Assembly (NCBI RefSeq): GCF_006345805.1
Contig: NC_043003.1
Location: 71,610,001-71,674,000 of the forward strand
Source: Octopus sinensis
Taxonomy: Eukaryota
Reading direction: 5' to 3'
Length of the DNA stretch: 64,000 nucleotides
The notes beneath the pieces were generated by a model that was not told where the DNA came from, did no database searches, and was given only the letters and a program-made list of their open reading frames with translations. Both the position numbers and the translations under genes were made by a program. Positions within the stretch are counted from its first letter, which is position 1, and each line of letters opens with the position of its first letter. Of this stretch, positions 1 to 11,080 are shown piece by piece.

Positions 1-1213
1 GAAAGAAGTATATAGACACCCTTATACTCATTAAAAGTTATTTGAATCTTAAGTTATACATTCAAATTATTTGTTAGATGTTATAATGTGAACATTTAAT
101 ATTTAGTAGACGTTCTCTTTGCATTTTTCAATGCAAGGGCTGTATTAGGCATGTTACTAATCAGATGGTAAATATTCTCTTGCGGAATTTCTTGCTAAGT
201 TTCATGCAATAATCTCAAAAGATCTGGCTTTGAAGATGCTTTTTCTTCTTCTGATTATGAAATGTCCTTTTGATTATGTCCAAGAGATATTTTATAGGAT
301 TCATATCTTGTGACTGGCTTGGCTATGGAAGCTTTCTAATGCCTTTCTTTTCCAACAAACCTTGGGTCATTTTAACTATGTGACAAGGAATCCCATCTTC
401 CATAAATAGTCTTCTTTAATCATTTCACCACTGGAGAAGTTTGGAAGGAGTCTTTCCTGCAATATTTGAGTTTATCTTTCCCTCACATTCCACCAGCTCT
501 GATCAGACATTGCTTCAAATGGTTCTCCAAACCATCACAGATTATCTACTGTGTTTCATTGCTGGTTGCAATCTTTTGACATCAAATTCTTGATCACAGA
601 GTCTCCAAACCCACACTCGGCCACTTTTAGGAAATGCAGCAAATCTGGACTCATCAGAGAATGTCCCAAAATGCTAATGGCATCGCCACCATCTCACTGG
701 CCCAATCTTTTCTCCGCTTCATATTGGCTGGTCAAAGATGTAGCTTCATTCTTCCTGGTCTGCCATAGAAAACAAGTTTATGGAGATACTTGACAGCTAT
801 TCTGAAACTGACTTTAACTTGCTTTGCTATGTCAGAAGTCTTGCAACATGGATTATCCTCCACACTTCTCTTAGCAAAGAGAAGGGTCCTGTCAGAGGGC
901 CCTGGTTGATCTGGACATGGCGATGTAGACTCCTTCCCCTCTCTGGTGAATTGCACAATCACTCCATTAACTGTAGAAAGTGGGATTCCAAGGTTTTCTG
1001 TGATTTTACACTGACTATTTCCACCTTCAGAATGACCCACAATACAGCCTCTTTGAAATTCAGACAGTTCCAAGGCCTCTTTTGTACATGGTATGATTGA
1101 ACAGTTACATATAGAATCTGAAACATGAAAATGTCAATTGATAAGAAATATAAACCGTTACAGTTAGAAGAAACAGAAAACAATGTTTTATGGGGAGTCT
1201 ATTTACTTCTATG
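1..1213 (-). mobile_element. Degenerate Tc1-family DNA transposon
   Basis: ORF 732..1073 is a Tc1-type HTH N-terminus ([13 protein letters not shown]...LGIPLSTV). Broken downstream frames read FSDESRF, MEDGIPCH and PSQSQDMNPI (DDE motifs). Imperfect TIRs: agaagtatatagacaccctta (4-24) versus the reverse complement of 1189-1210. Confidence 0.85.
107..1073 (-). pseudogene. Tc1 transposase pseudogene (stops and frameshifts)
   Basis: Manual translation across frames gives HTH, FSDESRF, VMVW, EDG..CH and P.QS.DMNPI motifs in the expected order. Confidence 0.85.
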
Positions 1214-1491
1214 TATATATACACATACATAAATATAAATATATATATATACATACGCACATACATATATATAAATAAACATATATATATACACACATAC
1301 ATACAAATATATATATACAGAGATACAAATACATAAATATATATTATGTATACACACAAACATCCATATATATAAATATGCCTACCCAATATAGAAAAAA
1401 TATTTTGCATTTTATGCATAGTAATCAGTAACCTTCATAATTCAAGGTAGGCACTGCTTACCTAGGTGGCACATCCCTGATACATATATAC

Positions 1492-1545
<54 letters not shown>
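1214..1545. repeat. (TA)n/(CA)n low-complexity microsatellites
   Basis: Direct reading; interrupted by short unique spacers. Confidence 0.9.
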
Positions 1546-1834
1546 CAATTAAGGACAACCTCTTAATAAGGAATCTTAATAAGAAATTATCAGGTAGATA
1601 GCGTGAAAAACCTCATAAGAGAAAAATTTCGAAAATAATTCTTTCTTATTGAACATATTAATTTATCAATTTAGGAGTACGTAAGTACGAATTCACAGGT
1701 GATACAAGTCTATATTTTTTAAATGTCTTGCTTTGAAAGATTGCATTCGGTGGGATTAGTAAAATTTTTGGTAGAAATGACTTTTTGTCCCTCTTAGCGT
1801 GTGGCATCTATGTATAATAATGCCCTCTATATAT

Positions 1835-1871
<37 letters not shown>

Positions 1872-2091
1872 TTACAAAGGTGTCATTAATTCTATTATTA
1901 TCCAATGCAACTAAGATTTATTTTACCAATGCAGAAACCGGTCCATGTGAGTCCATATACTTAATGTAGATTGTCTTAACCAGATTTTGCCTTCGTTTGA
2001 TTTCTGTAGTTTTCATCAGTGTATTTTTGGCTATTTAATAAGAGTTTTGACTGTTATTTCAAGTAGGGAGACATACTTAGTATGTCCTTTG

Positions 2092-2125
<34 letters not shown>

Positions 2126-2290
2126 ATTATTATTAGAGGGAATAAAATTCAAACTTACAAGGAAAAAGAATTCAATCTAGAAATACTAAATCAAATTACA
2201 CACAATATAATATATATATAAAATATGAGAAAAAACCCACCTTTCATCAATTCAAAATGAATAATTAAATTACACCATCTAGAAAATTAC

Positions 2291-4838
2291 GCCTGAACCG
2301 GCGAGGTCCCTCCTGAACCTCATCAACACCCTGTACATGGAGCAGGTAATACTCCAACCAACCAGGGCAAGTAACACACTGGATCTCTGCTTCACAAATG
2401 ACATGGATCTCATCCATAATGTGAAAGTGACACCGACACTACTCTCGGATCACAACATGATAGAGCTGACCATGTACGGGCCAAAAGAGAGCACGGACAT
2501 GCAGCCTACAAGAAACCCTCAAAATCTTTCCAGCTTGAACTACCATAAGGCAAACTGGAAACAAATTGAGAAAGAGATCCTCAAACAAAACTGGCCTAAA
2601 TGTCTCTCCTCGCCAGACATCGACGTGAAACTTCAACAATTCATGTCTGTAATGCAAGCCATATGCTACAAATGTGTCCCAGAGAGAAAGGCCACTGTAC
2701 ACAAGAACAAAATCCCCAGAGAGAGGAAAATCTTAATGAGACGGCGTACGAAATTTTCAAATTGCCTAAACAAACAGATTGAAAGCAGTGAAAAGTCCCG
2801 CCTAAAAATAAAACTGTTGGAAATCGAAAAATGTCTGCAACTCTCCCATGAAAAAGAAAGAGCAGACAAAGAAGCCTGGGCTATAGAAAACATAAAATCT
2901 AACCCCAGAGCTTTCTACAGGTATGCCAAAGAAACAGCTACAGTGCACTGTAGAATAGGGCCACTCCTCGAAAAGGATGGCACACTTACAGGAAAACCAA
3001 TGAGGGTAAGTGAAATACTGAATGAGCAATTCAAGAGTGTTTTCACTCCACCCCTTGGGCATCTCCAAATCACCAATCCAACTGACTTTTTTACCACTGC
3101 AGATATAAAATCAGAGGCGGCGACGATAGATTACATCGATATAAAGGAAGACGATGTAACGAAGGCTATAGATGAAATGAAAACAGACTCAGCTACTGGC
3201 CCCGATGGATTCCCGGCAATCCTCCTAAAAGCATGTAAGAGAGTCCTAGCAAGACCACTGCAGTTCCTCTTTCAGAGCTTCCTTGCAGCTGGCAAACTTC
3301 CAGGAAAACTGAAGGAAGGTAAAATATGCCCCATTCATAAAGGAGGTAGCAGAGCGGAAGCCAAGAACTATAGACCTATCTCTCTGACCTCACACATCAG
3401 CAAGGTCATGGAACGAATAGTCAGAAGGAAGCTGATCACCTTCCTTGAAGAGAATGACTTGCTGCCCGACACCCAACATGGTTTCCGACCAGGGAGAAGC
3501 TGTTTAACTCAGCTCCTACAACACTATGACTGGGTGCTGAAACGGCTGCTCAACCACTCAAATGTGGAAGTGATATATCTCGACTTTGCAAAGGCCTTTG
3601 ATAAAGTCGATCATGGAATGATATGTCACAAACTGCGTGATCTCAACATAGTTGGAAAACTGGGAGAATGGCTTCATGACTTTCTGAAGGATAGAAGTCA
3701 GGTGGTAGTAGCCAATGGGGCCACCTCCATTAACACACAAATAGTGAGCGGTGTTCCGCAGGGCACTGTTCTGGGACCACTACTGTTCATAATGGCCCTC
3801 TCAGACATGCCCTCAGCCACGCAGAGAGCCACGATCACAAGTTATGCAGATGATACAAAAGTTTCACAGGCAATACAGAACCCTGAGGACACTAAACACC
3901 TGCAATGTGAGCTGGACGAAATATACAAGTGGGCTGAAAAGAATAGCATGCAGTTCAATGCTGGAAAGTTTCAAGCTTTATACTATCAGCATGCAAAACT
4001 GAATGCAATACCCAATGAATACACTGGACCCGGAGGGATTGCAATCCCAGAGGCACAATCAGTGCGTGACCTGGGTATTCACATGAGTGATGACGCGACC
4101 TTTCATGTACATGTTGCTAAACTGACAATGAAATGTAGACGGCTGGCTGGATGGATTCTTAGAACCTTTAGAACAAGAGAACAAGAAACCATGATGGTCC
4201 TCTGGAAGACACTTGTCCTAAGCCACTTTGACTATTGCTCTCAGCTATGGTCACCATCCAGTGTCAAGTTGATCACAGAACTTGAGGCGATCCAACGAAG
4301 CTACACAAAGAAGATAGCCTCTATGCAGAATGTAAGCTACTGGGAAAGACTCAAGAGATTAAAATTATATTCCCTGGAGCGTAGGCGGGAAAGATATGCC
4401 ATAATATACATCTGGAAGATCCTGGAGGGAAGTGTCCTGAACTTTGGCATCGAGAGTTACGCAAATGCCAGAACTGGGCGCCACTGCGTGGTGCCTAGGA
4501 CTCCAAACCTGCCATCAAGATGTAGGACAAGATTCTGTGATAGCCTGGGCTTCCGAGGCCCACAGCTCTTCAATATCCTCCCGAAGAACCTGAGAGACCT
4601 GCATGGGGTGGATACAGATGTCTTTAAAATGAAGCTGGATCTCTTCCTGTCAGGTGTCCCAGATGAACCAACTTCACGGCAGGAGGGGCAGATGAGGGCA
4701 ACTGCATCGAACTCTCTCATGCACCAAATAGCAGTTGCTAGAAAGCCTCCATGAAGTGAAATCAAGTAGCAACACCAAATGGCGGTGCCCCAGCATGGCC
4801 ACAGCTCATAAGCTGAAACTAGAAACTAGAATCAATAA
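2291..4838 (+). mobile_element. 5'-truncated CR1/L2-group LINE, young copy 1
   Basis: Uninterrupted ORF with APE C-terminus, RT and C-terminal domain; 3' UTR ends ggcggtgccccagcatggcc...gaaactagaatcaat. Confidence 0.92.
2337..4754 (+). CDS. LINE ORF2: partial apurinic endonuclease plus reverse transcriptase (805 aa)
   Basis: Motifs [70 protein letters not shown]. Confidence 0.93.
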   Translation: MEQVILQPTRASNTLDLCFTNDMDLIHNVKVTPTLLSDHNMIELTMYGPKESTDMQPTRNPQNLSSLNYHKANWKQIEKEILKQNWPKCLSSPDIDVKLQQFMSVMQAICYKCVPERKATVHKNKIPRERKILMRRRTKFSNCLNKQIESSEKSRLKIKLLEIEKCLQLSHEKERADKEAWAIENIKSNPRAFYRYAKETATVHCRIGPLLEKDGTLTGKPMRVSEILNEQFKSVFTPPLGHLQITNPTDFFTTADIKSEAATIDYIDIKEDDVTKAIDEMKTDSATGPDGFPAILLKACKRVLARPLQFLFQSFLAAGKLPGKLKEGKICPIHKGGSRAEAKNYRPISLTSHISKVMERIVRRKLITFLEENDLLPDTQHGFRPGRSCLTQLLQHYDWVLKRLLNHSNVEVIYLDFAKAFDKVDHGMICHKLRDLNIVGKLGEWLHDFLKDRSQVVVANGATSINTQIVSGVPQGTVLGPLLFIMALSDMPSATQRATITSYADDTKVSQAIQNPEDTKHLQCELDEIYKWAEKNSMQFNAGKFQALYYQHAKLNAIPNEYTGPGGIAIPEAQSVRDLGIHMSDDATFHVHVAKLTMKCRRLAGWILRTFRTREQETMMVLWKTLVLSHFDYCSQLWSPSSVKLITELEAIQRSYTKKIASMQNVSYWERLKRLKLYSLERRRERYAIIYIWKILEGSVLNFGIESYANARTGRHCVVPRTPNLPSRCRTRFCDSLGFRGPQLFNILPKNLRDLHGVDTDVFKMKLDLFLSGVPDEPTSRQEGQMRATASNSLMHQIAVARKPP

Positions 4839-4964
4839 TAGAAAAGTTAAAATTAAAATAACAATAAAATGTAAAGATTAAGTAAACTTTTCTATTATAT
4901 GTAATTTTCTAGATGGTGTAATTTAATTATTCAGTTTGAATTGATGAAAGATGGGTTTTTTCTA

Positions 4965-4974
<10 letters not shown>

Positions 4975-5006
<32 letters not shown>

Positions 5007-5203
5007 TACATATACACACGTAGATGCATACATACAGATATATATATATATATACTTACATACACACACAAATATATACATATACATATAAACAGACATA
5101 AACATATATGTATATACATATTCACACATATACATATATATACATCCATATTCACACATATACATATATATACATCCATACACACATATATATATATACA
5201 TGG

Positions 5204-5240
<37 letters not shown>

Positions 5241-5366
5241 CATACACATCACATATATGTACATACACACTCACATATACACACACACATTCATACACTC
5301 ACACATGTATATATACATACACACACACACGCAGATATATATACATGCACACACACATGTGTATAT
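4975..5366. repeat. (TA)/(CA) compound microsatellite
   Basis: Direct reading; source of the spurious YI/HT ORFs. Confidence 0.9.
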
Positions 5367-5367
5367 A

Positions 5368-6234
5368 CAGGGGGATTGAAAAGTAACTAAGTAACTCCGT
5401 ATATTAAAATACTTATAATTTATTAACTATAATTTTTCCTTAATTTTTTTTGGTGTATATTCATCAATGTATGGGAAATGATTCTATGTTGCTGCTTTTT
5501 TTCTTCAGATTAATTATCTTGTTTGAAATTTAGAAGCCGAACAAACATGGTCTGATCTCTTTAAAAATAAGTGGTATTCCACATAGGTGGGTTTGTGACC
5601 CATCACAACTGCCACTAGTAGGCAGGAGAAGATCCTCGTATTACCTCTGAAAAAATGCAGAATTGGCCCAAGGTAATGGTATGGTGTAGTATGACTAGGA
5701 ATGGCAAGATTGTGAGTCCTTTCATTCTTTGCAATACCATGAATGCTGAAAGGTATATCACCATGCTTCAAGATGAAATCTGACCAGATATCAGTACTTC
5801 AAAGAATATAGAAGATTTGTTTTTGTGCAAGATGGCGCTCCTCCACATTTTGCTATTGTTGCTCGTGAATAACTGAATGTTCACTTCCCTGGGAGATGGC
5901 TGGATCATTGAAGGCCACATGATTGGCCGGCCTGGAGCCCTGGATTTAACACCCTGCAACTTTTTTCTTTGGGAGTGTTTAAAGGAGCAAGTCTACTCTA
6001 CCAAACCAATGACTTTGGAAGAACTTGATGGGCAAATACAAGAAGCTATGTCTTCTATCCCACAAGAGTTCTTGATGAAATCAGTTGATGCCATTCCTGG
6101 GTGGCTCGAGAAGCTGGTGGCGAATGCTGGTGCCTATATTGAATTTTAAATAAAACTCTGTGCTAAATGCTTTCTTCACATATTCATCTTTTCTAAAAAT
6201 GGTATTTTAAAATAGGAAGTTATTATCACCCTGT
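5368..6234 (+). mobile_element. Internally deleted Tc1/mariner element, DD41D (rosa-like) spacing
   Basis: TA-flanked termini cagggggat / atcaccctg. Catalytic remnant QDGAPPHF...WPA.SPDLTPC(N)FFLW..LK..VY has 41 codons between the second D and the third catalytic position, after one 1-nt frameshift. HTH region missing. Confidence 0.8.
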
Positions 6235-6947
6235 ATGTGTGTGTATATGTATATATATATATATAATAAATTAATAAAATAAAACATATGCATATATACA
6301 TACATATATGTACGTACCTACCTCTACATGTATATATATATGCATATATGGGTACAGGTCACCAGAAAAACGTCGAACACAATGAGAAACGAAAACATAA
6401 ACACAAAACCAAGGAAATGGACATTTTTCTTTAACAACGAAAAAATAGAGTACAGGACATACAAAACAAGGAAAATTTCCCCTTCTTCAGTCGCCTTTGT
6501 TTCATCTACTCCGCATTTCAAAGGTCAAGGCGAGACACGACTTTAATGAAACATTCCTTCCCGCGAAAAGCAAATTAAATAAAATTTGAGATTTTTTTGT
6601 GGAGGGGTAAAAATAGTAACAAAAACAGGACAGTAACGACAGTACAAAATATAAACAGTAAAAGACAGGACAAGGAGAATAACAGTAACACAGACAAGAA
6701 GGGCTGTTAAGCCAAATGAGATAAAATATTACAAACGCTACACACACACCACACACACACATATATATATACACACATACATATGTACACATATACATAC
6801 ATTCACACACATATACATACAAACACGCACGCACATATATATATATCTATAATATATACACACATACATATATATCTATAATATATATACACACACACAC
6901 ATATATATATATATTATAGATAAATAAAGGCAGATATGGCTGGTCTA

Positions 6948-7010
6948 TAGGGTTATTCTGAGTTTCATATGCATAAAGCGCTTAGCTTTACAGCATTTCT
7001 TCAGACCCTA
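6948..7010 (-). ncRNA. Minimal type I hammerhead ribozyme motif with degenerate stem III
   Basis: Minus strand: tagggt CTGAAGA a-atgc..taaagc/gcttta..gcat-at GAAA ctcagaa TA acccta. Stem I is 6 bp; stem II is bipartite; stem III is mispaired. Confidence 0.6.
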
Positions 7011-7209
7011 AAACCTATGGCCTCTCTAGAAAATGGAGGAAAAGTCTTTATTACTGTCAACAATAAGGGATTGTCTCCCTTTGACTTCTGTTAATTGACC
7101 ATGTTAGCATGTGGTTCCCAGGATGCTAGCAGAAATTTCCTGAAATGCAAGCAGTGTCCAAAGACCTCTGTCCTGAAGTGAAGGATGTTCTCTGGAGGCA
7201 CTAGCTGCT

Positions 7210-7545
7210 AGTGGGTTTAGGAACAAAATCTACATGCTGGGCCCTAACACCCACAGAAGGAAGTGCTGCAGAAATATTATTTTCCTCCACCCTTTTCCTC
7301 AATGTAAAAATGTGTGTAGGTAGAATATTCCTTAGGCTAGCAGATAAACACTTCAAATGTTCACATAGGTATGGATGCATTTTCACCAGATACATCCTAA
7401 GGGTCTCTTTTAGCTGTGGCCCCAATATTAAGAGCATTCTTGTCAACAAACACCCCTAAGCCACAAGTGGAGGTTGGATGCTCATGCAGGGATTACAACA
7501 GATGCCCAATGGGAAACTATTGTAAAATCAATGAGATGGTAGCCA
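7210..7545 (+). mobile_element. Penelope-like element ORF fragment (RT thumb/linker)
   Basis: RNIIF...LNVKMCVGRIFLRLADKHF..SHRY..IF.R..LRVSFSC.PNIKSI and CSCRDYNRCPMGNYC resemble the PLE linker and Cys motif. Confidence 0.7.
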
Positions 7546-7719
7546 ACCCTAGTAGCAGCAATAGCAGCAGCTTTCCCAGTGACTACTACTACCTGGGCTC
7601 CTCAGGATAATGTAACTCAAGATTATAACATTCATTAGTCTAAACTCATTTAAAAATTAAAATTAAAGATGATTGATTTCTATCTTCTAACAGTGGAGAA
7701 AAGAAGTGAAGATAGGGAG

Positions 7720-8050
7720 CAACTGCCTTGTTGCATTCTCTTGGATTACTTTGATGTCTTGAAATCTTGCTGGGGTCTTCCACTGTGAAGACCAAGCCTT
7801 GTTTTCAGCATCATAGCATTAGTCATATGATCTATCACCTGTTACGACAGTTTTCAAGAAGTTTTTGGCTTCCTTAACACAATCAAGGAGATCCTGTGCA
7901 GCTGAAGCCCGATCTTTTTGAGATCGCTACACGCTACACACTTTATTTCCAAGCTCTGTTATAAACCATGAAGTGAGATATTCATAACTTAGTCAACATG
8001 CATGACAAAGTTGAAGGTCAATCAGTGCTAAGCAGCTTCACTCTGTGTAC
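7720..8050 (-). mobile_element. Mariner transposase fragment
   Basis: Minus strand reads QKDRASAAQDLLDCVKEAKNFLKTVVTGD...YDAENKAWSSQWKTP (first catalytic D region). Confidence 0.7.
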
Positions 8051-8109
8051 TTTAACTCCATTACTATAGCAACAGTCTTGATACTTTCTGATCAGACTTC
8101 ATCCACATA

Positions 8110-8770
8110 CAGGGTGCTTGGGTTAAGTTTGATGATTATTTATGTCTCCTTTTTTGAGGAATAGCTTAATGGTTAGGTGAACAGTCAATGACACTGGAGA
8201 GCATGAAGATTAAAGATATAGTTAAGAAAAAGTTAGCTGACCTGGATGACTGGAAGCTATCTGAATATTGGGAAAGAGTTACCTGTATCATGAGGATTCA
8301 TGCCAAGTTTTAAAATGCTGACATTATGACTGCTGCTCAATACTCCGTGAACACTATAAAGGCTGTAAGACATGGAATGGACAGCTGTAATGGAGACTAG
8401 GAAGCTATGACCAATATGAAGGAATGCAACAGGCATACTGACTGTGTTTGCACAACAGAATTCATCCAACTAATGAATAGGACCTTAGGCCCAATTGAGA
8501 TGGCTATGTGAAGCTGCTAGAGACTGTGGTCAAACCCTGGCTGGAGAGGGTTGCTTATATGTGTGGCAGCAAGATTCAGCTCCTTGCCATACCTCCGGAA
8601 AAAGTAATCTTGAGGCCATAGTGGAAGCTGAGGCTGGTTACTCTGAGTAAACTGTTATTGCCCAGCCATAATGTTGTTTATTTTTTTTTTATTTTTTAAA
8701 AATCTTTTATTTTTGGATGAGATATTGTCTTTTTCTTTTCCTTTTATGCAAACTATCAAATTTAGCTTGA
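8110..8770 (+). mobile_element. maT/DD37D-like non-autonomous element, copy 1
   Basis: TA|CAGGGTG start; remnant KLLETVVKPWLERVA..YVWQQDSAPCHTSGK; homologous to ~35850-36650. Right end uncertain. Confidence 0.65.
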
Positions 8771-9409
8771 AAAGCTTTTGCTTTATTCAGTCATCTGACT
8801 ATGACTATGCAGTCCAATGAATACACAAATATGAGTATTCATTTGAGTCAAATGAACATATGTACTTGTATACACACACACAAACCTCACATACAGACAT
8901 GTGTACATGAGAACACAGGAAATGTTTTCCTCATGGAAGCCCTCTGTATTTCTTTATGAATTGCCTCTGTTACTACACTGTTTCCACCATTCTCGAACCA
9001 TGTTATTGAATGTATTAAGTGAATTTATTGCCGTACCAGCACTAGTGAGATTGCCTTGTACTCTGCAGGATATGAGATTCCTTACCACAAACAAATTATG
9101 GGACATAGACAGAAAATATTGTACTTTTAAGGAGTGTTATCATAAAGACAGACATAGAAAGACACACTAACAGACAGATACACACAGACACCCCTTCCAC
9201 ACACACACACACACACACACATCTATGAAAGGCTTCTTTTTACTCATGGAGCACTGGGCAGCTTCTTCCAAGATGCCAGACCATGGGTTAAATGAATTGG
9301 CTATGAGTGCAAGACAGACACAGCAAGTGGACAGGAACAATCAATATTGTGGCTAATAGTCCAACATTCTATTAACCCCGATATTGTTTTCATCACCCAC
9401 CAGCACATG

Positions 9410-9640
9410 TAGAATACACAGTTTCAAAGTGAGACAGCAGGGGGAGCCTCTATATGGTTATTTGATCTGTTAGAAACAAGAGCAAATCTCTCTATCAACT
9501 TAAAGAAGGACACACTAAATAACTTTGTCTCGGATTGCCTGCATATAGAAAAACACAGAGGGTCACAGTTGGAATGTCTTTGTTCACAGTATTACTATTA
9601 CATGAACAGAGCTGACCTGGGGCTAACAAACAAGATCAAA
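9410..9640 (+). mobile_element. Dispersed repeat fragment (SINE or LINE 3' end), related to 10860-11080
   Basis: Shares tgttagaaa..agc..aaatct and tggaatgtctttg...gggctaa with 10860-11080. Confidence 0.45.
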
Positions 9641-9649
9641 ACAGAAATA

Positions 9650-10008
9650 TATCTTTTATCTTTTACTTGTCTCACACATTAGACTGTGGCCATGCTGGGG
9701 CACTACCTTGAAGAATTTCAGTTGAACTTATCAACCCAATACTTATTTTTCTTCTGTTTTGCCAAACAAGTTATGGGGATGTAAACACATCAACATCGGT
9801 TGTCAAGAGGTGGTGGGGGATAAACACATACACAAAGACACACACACATGGCAGGTGTCTTTCAGTTTGTCTACCAAGTCCACTCACAAGGCTTTGGTCA
9901 ACTTGAAGCTATAGTAGAAGACACTTGCCCAAGGTGCCAAGCAGTGGGATTGAACCCAGAACCATGCAGATGGAAGGCAAACTTCTTATCAGACAGCCAT
10001 GCCTGCAT
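9650..10008 (-). mobile_element. tRNA-derived SINE, family B
   Basis: Head with gggttcaatcc B-box, ccttgggcaagtgtcttc core, tail ggtagtgccccagcatggccacag. Confidence 0.85.
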
Positions 10009-10624
10009 CTATATCGATAATAAATCTAAAGAACAAGCCAGATAGGAGATGATATATGTTGTCAGTCAAGAATTTTTGGATAAAACTATCTATACAAAGT
10101 TTTCGTAAAGAAATACATTACATATCAGCAAAAGTATATTTATTCCCATGTGTTTGGAAATATATCAACCTTGACAAATCAGGTTGCATCTTATGCATAT
10201 TTAAGCAGCTATGTTGGAAAATATAGATTCCAATGGTTAAACTAATTCAAATGAAGAACAAGCATAAAAGGAAAGAAATCAATATAATACAAAACATGTC
10301 TTCTGAAACCAAATATGGTCCCTTGTTATTTTCTGGAAATCATGTACAATTAGTCCATCAAGAGCTACAGATAAGAATAACAATTATGAAAAAGATGTAA
10401 CAATGAATATTTATTACTTTCAAGACTACATAAAGAGTCCCAATGCATTATTGCCATTAAATTGTATCACATTTCAAATGATATTTTGCAAAAGAAAAGG
10501 CATTAGTTATAAGATAGTTAGCTTTGAATATCTATCTACAGAACCAGTATACACAGAATTAGTATCCATTGATCACATGTTTTTACAGAAACAGTATCCT
10601 CAGAACTAAAATTTGTAACATAAA

Positions 10625-10805
10625 CTAGTAGTCTTGTAACACGGGAATGATAAGGTAGTGTGTTACAGGATAATAAAGTAGTGTGTCACAGAATGATGAG
10701 AGTATGGTATCATATCACAGAATAATAAGACAGAATGTCACAAAATAGTAAGGTAGTGTGTTACAGAATAATAAGACAGTATATCACAGAATAGTAAGAT
10801 AGTGC
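10625..10805. repeat. Degenerate ~23-bp minisatellite
   Basis: Units resembling ataaggtagtgtgttacagaata, repeated about 8 times. Confidence 0.7.
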
Positions 10806-10859
10806 ATCAGACAAGAAATTTTATGAATATTCTCAACACTTAGATGAGTAGAGATAAAC

Positions 10860-11080
10860 TATCATTAACAGTCCTGCTAGAATCACAGCAATGGAGTCAC
10901 TCTGTGTCATTCCATCTGTTAAAAAGAGCAGCCAAATCTACTTCAAATCACATCTTAAAAAAATAGAAATCCTGGTAAAATATAATCTTATACATATTAT
11001 ATTTGAAAAAGATGGGATGGTCATGGCTGGAATGTCTTTGATCTAAAGTCTGCTAGTTCAGGACTTGGGACTAAATAAGT
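10860..11080 (+). mobile_element. Dispersed repeat fragment, related to 9410-9640
   Basis: See 9410-9640. Confidence 0.45.

Larger units (their letters stand above)
2220..4972. repeat. AT-rich inverted repeat (arms ~2220-2290 and ~4903-4972) interrupted by a LINE
   Basis: agaaaaaacccacctttcatcaattcaaaatgaataattaaattacaccatctagaaaattac matches the reverse complement of 4903-4972 with few mismatches. Confidence 0.8.

Noticed and set aside
1925-1950. GAAACCGGTC hammerhead half
   Set aside because: Only the 3' half is present; no upstream core on that strand.
2439-4765. Short ORFs antisense or out of frame to LINE ORF2
   Set aside because: Shadow frames of the RT gene.
4801-4819. Stem-loop plus GAAAC in LINE and SINE tails as a hammerhead
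   Set aside because: No CUGANGA upstream and no stem I or III; treated as an RT-recognition motif instead.
6465-6500. Minus-strand CTGAAGA followed by a hairpin
   Set aside because: Followed by GTTTTG rather than GAAA; no stem I or III.
7565-7612. Minus-strand CTGAGGA..ccag/ctgg..GAAAG
   Set aside because: No complementary stem I and no UH cleavage triplet.
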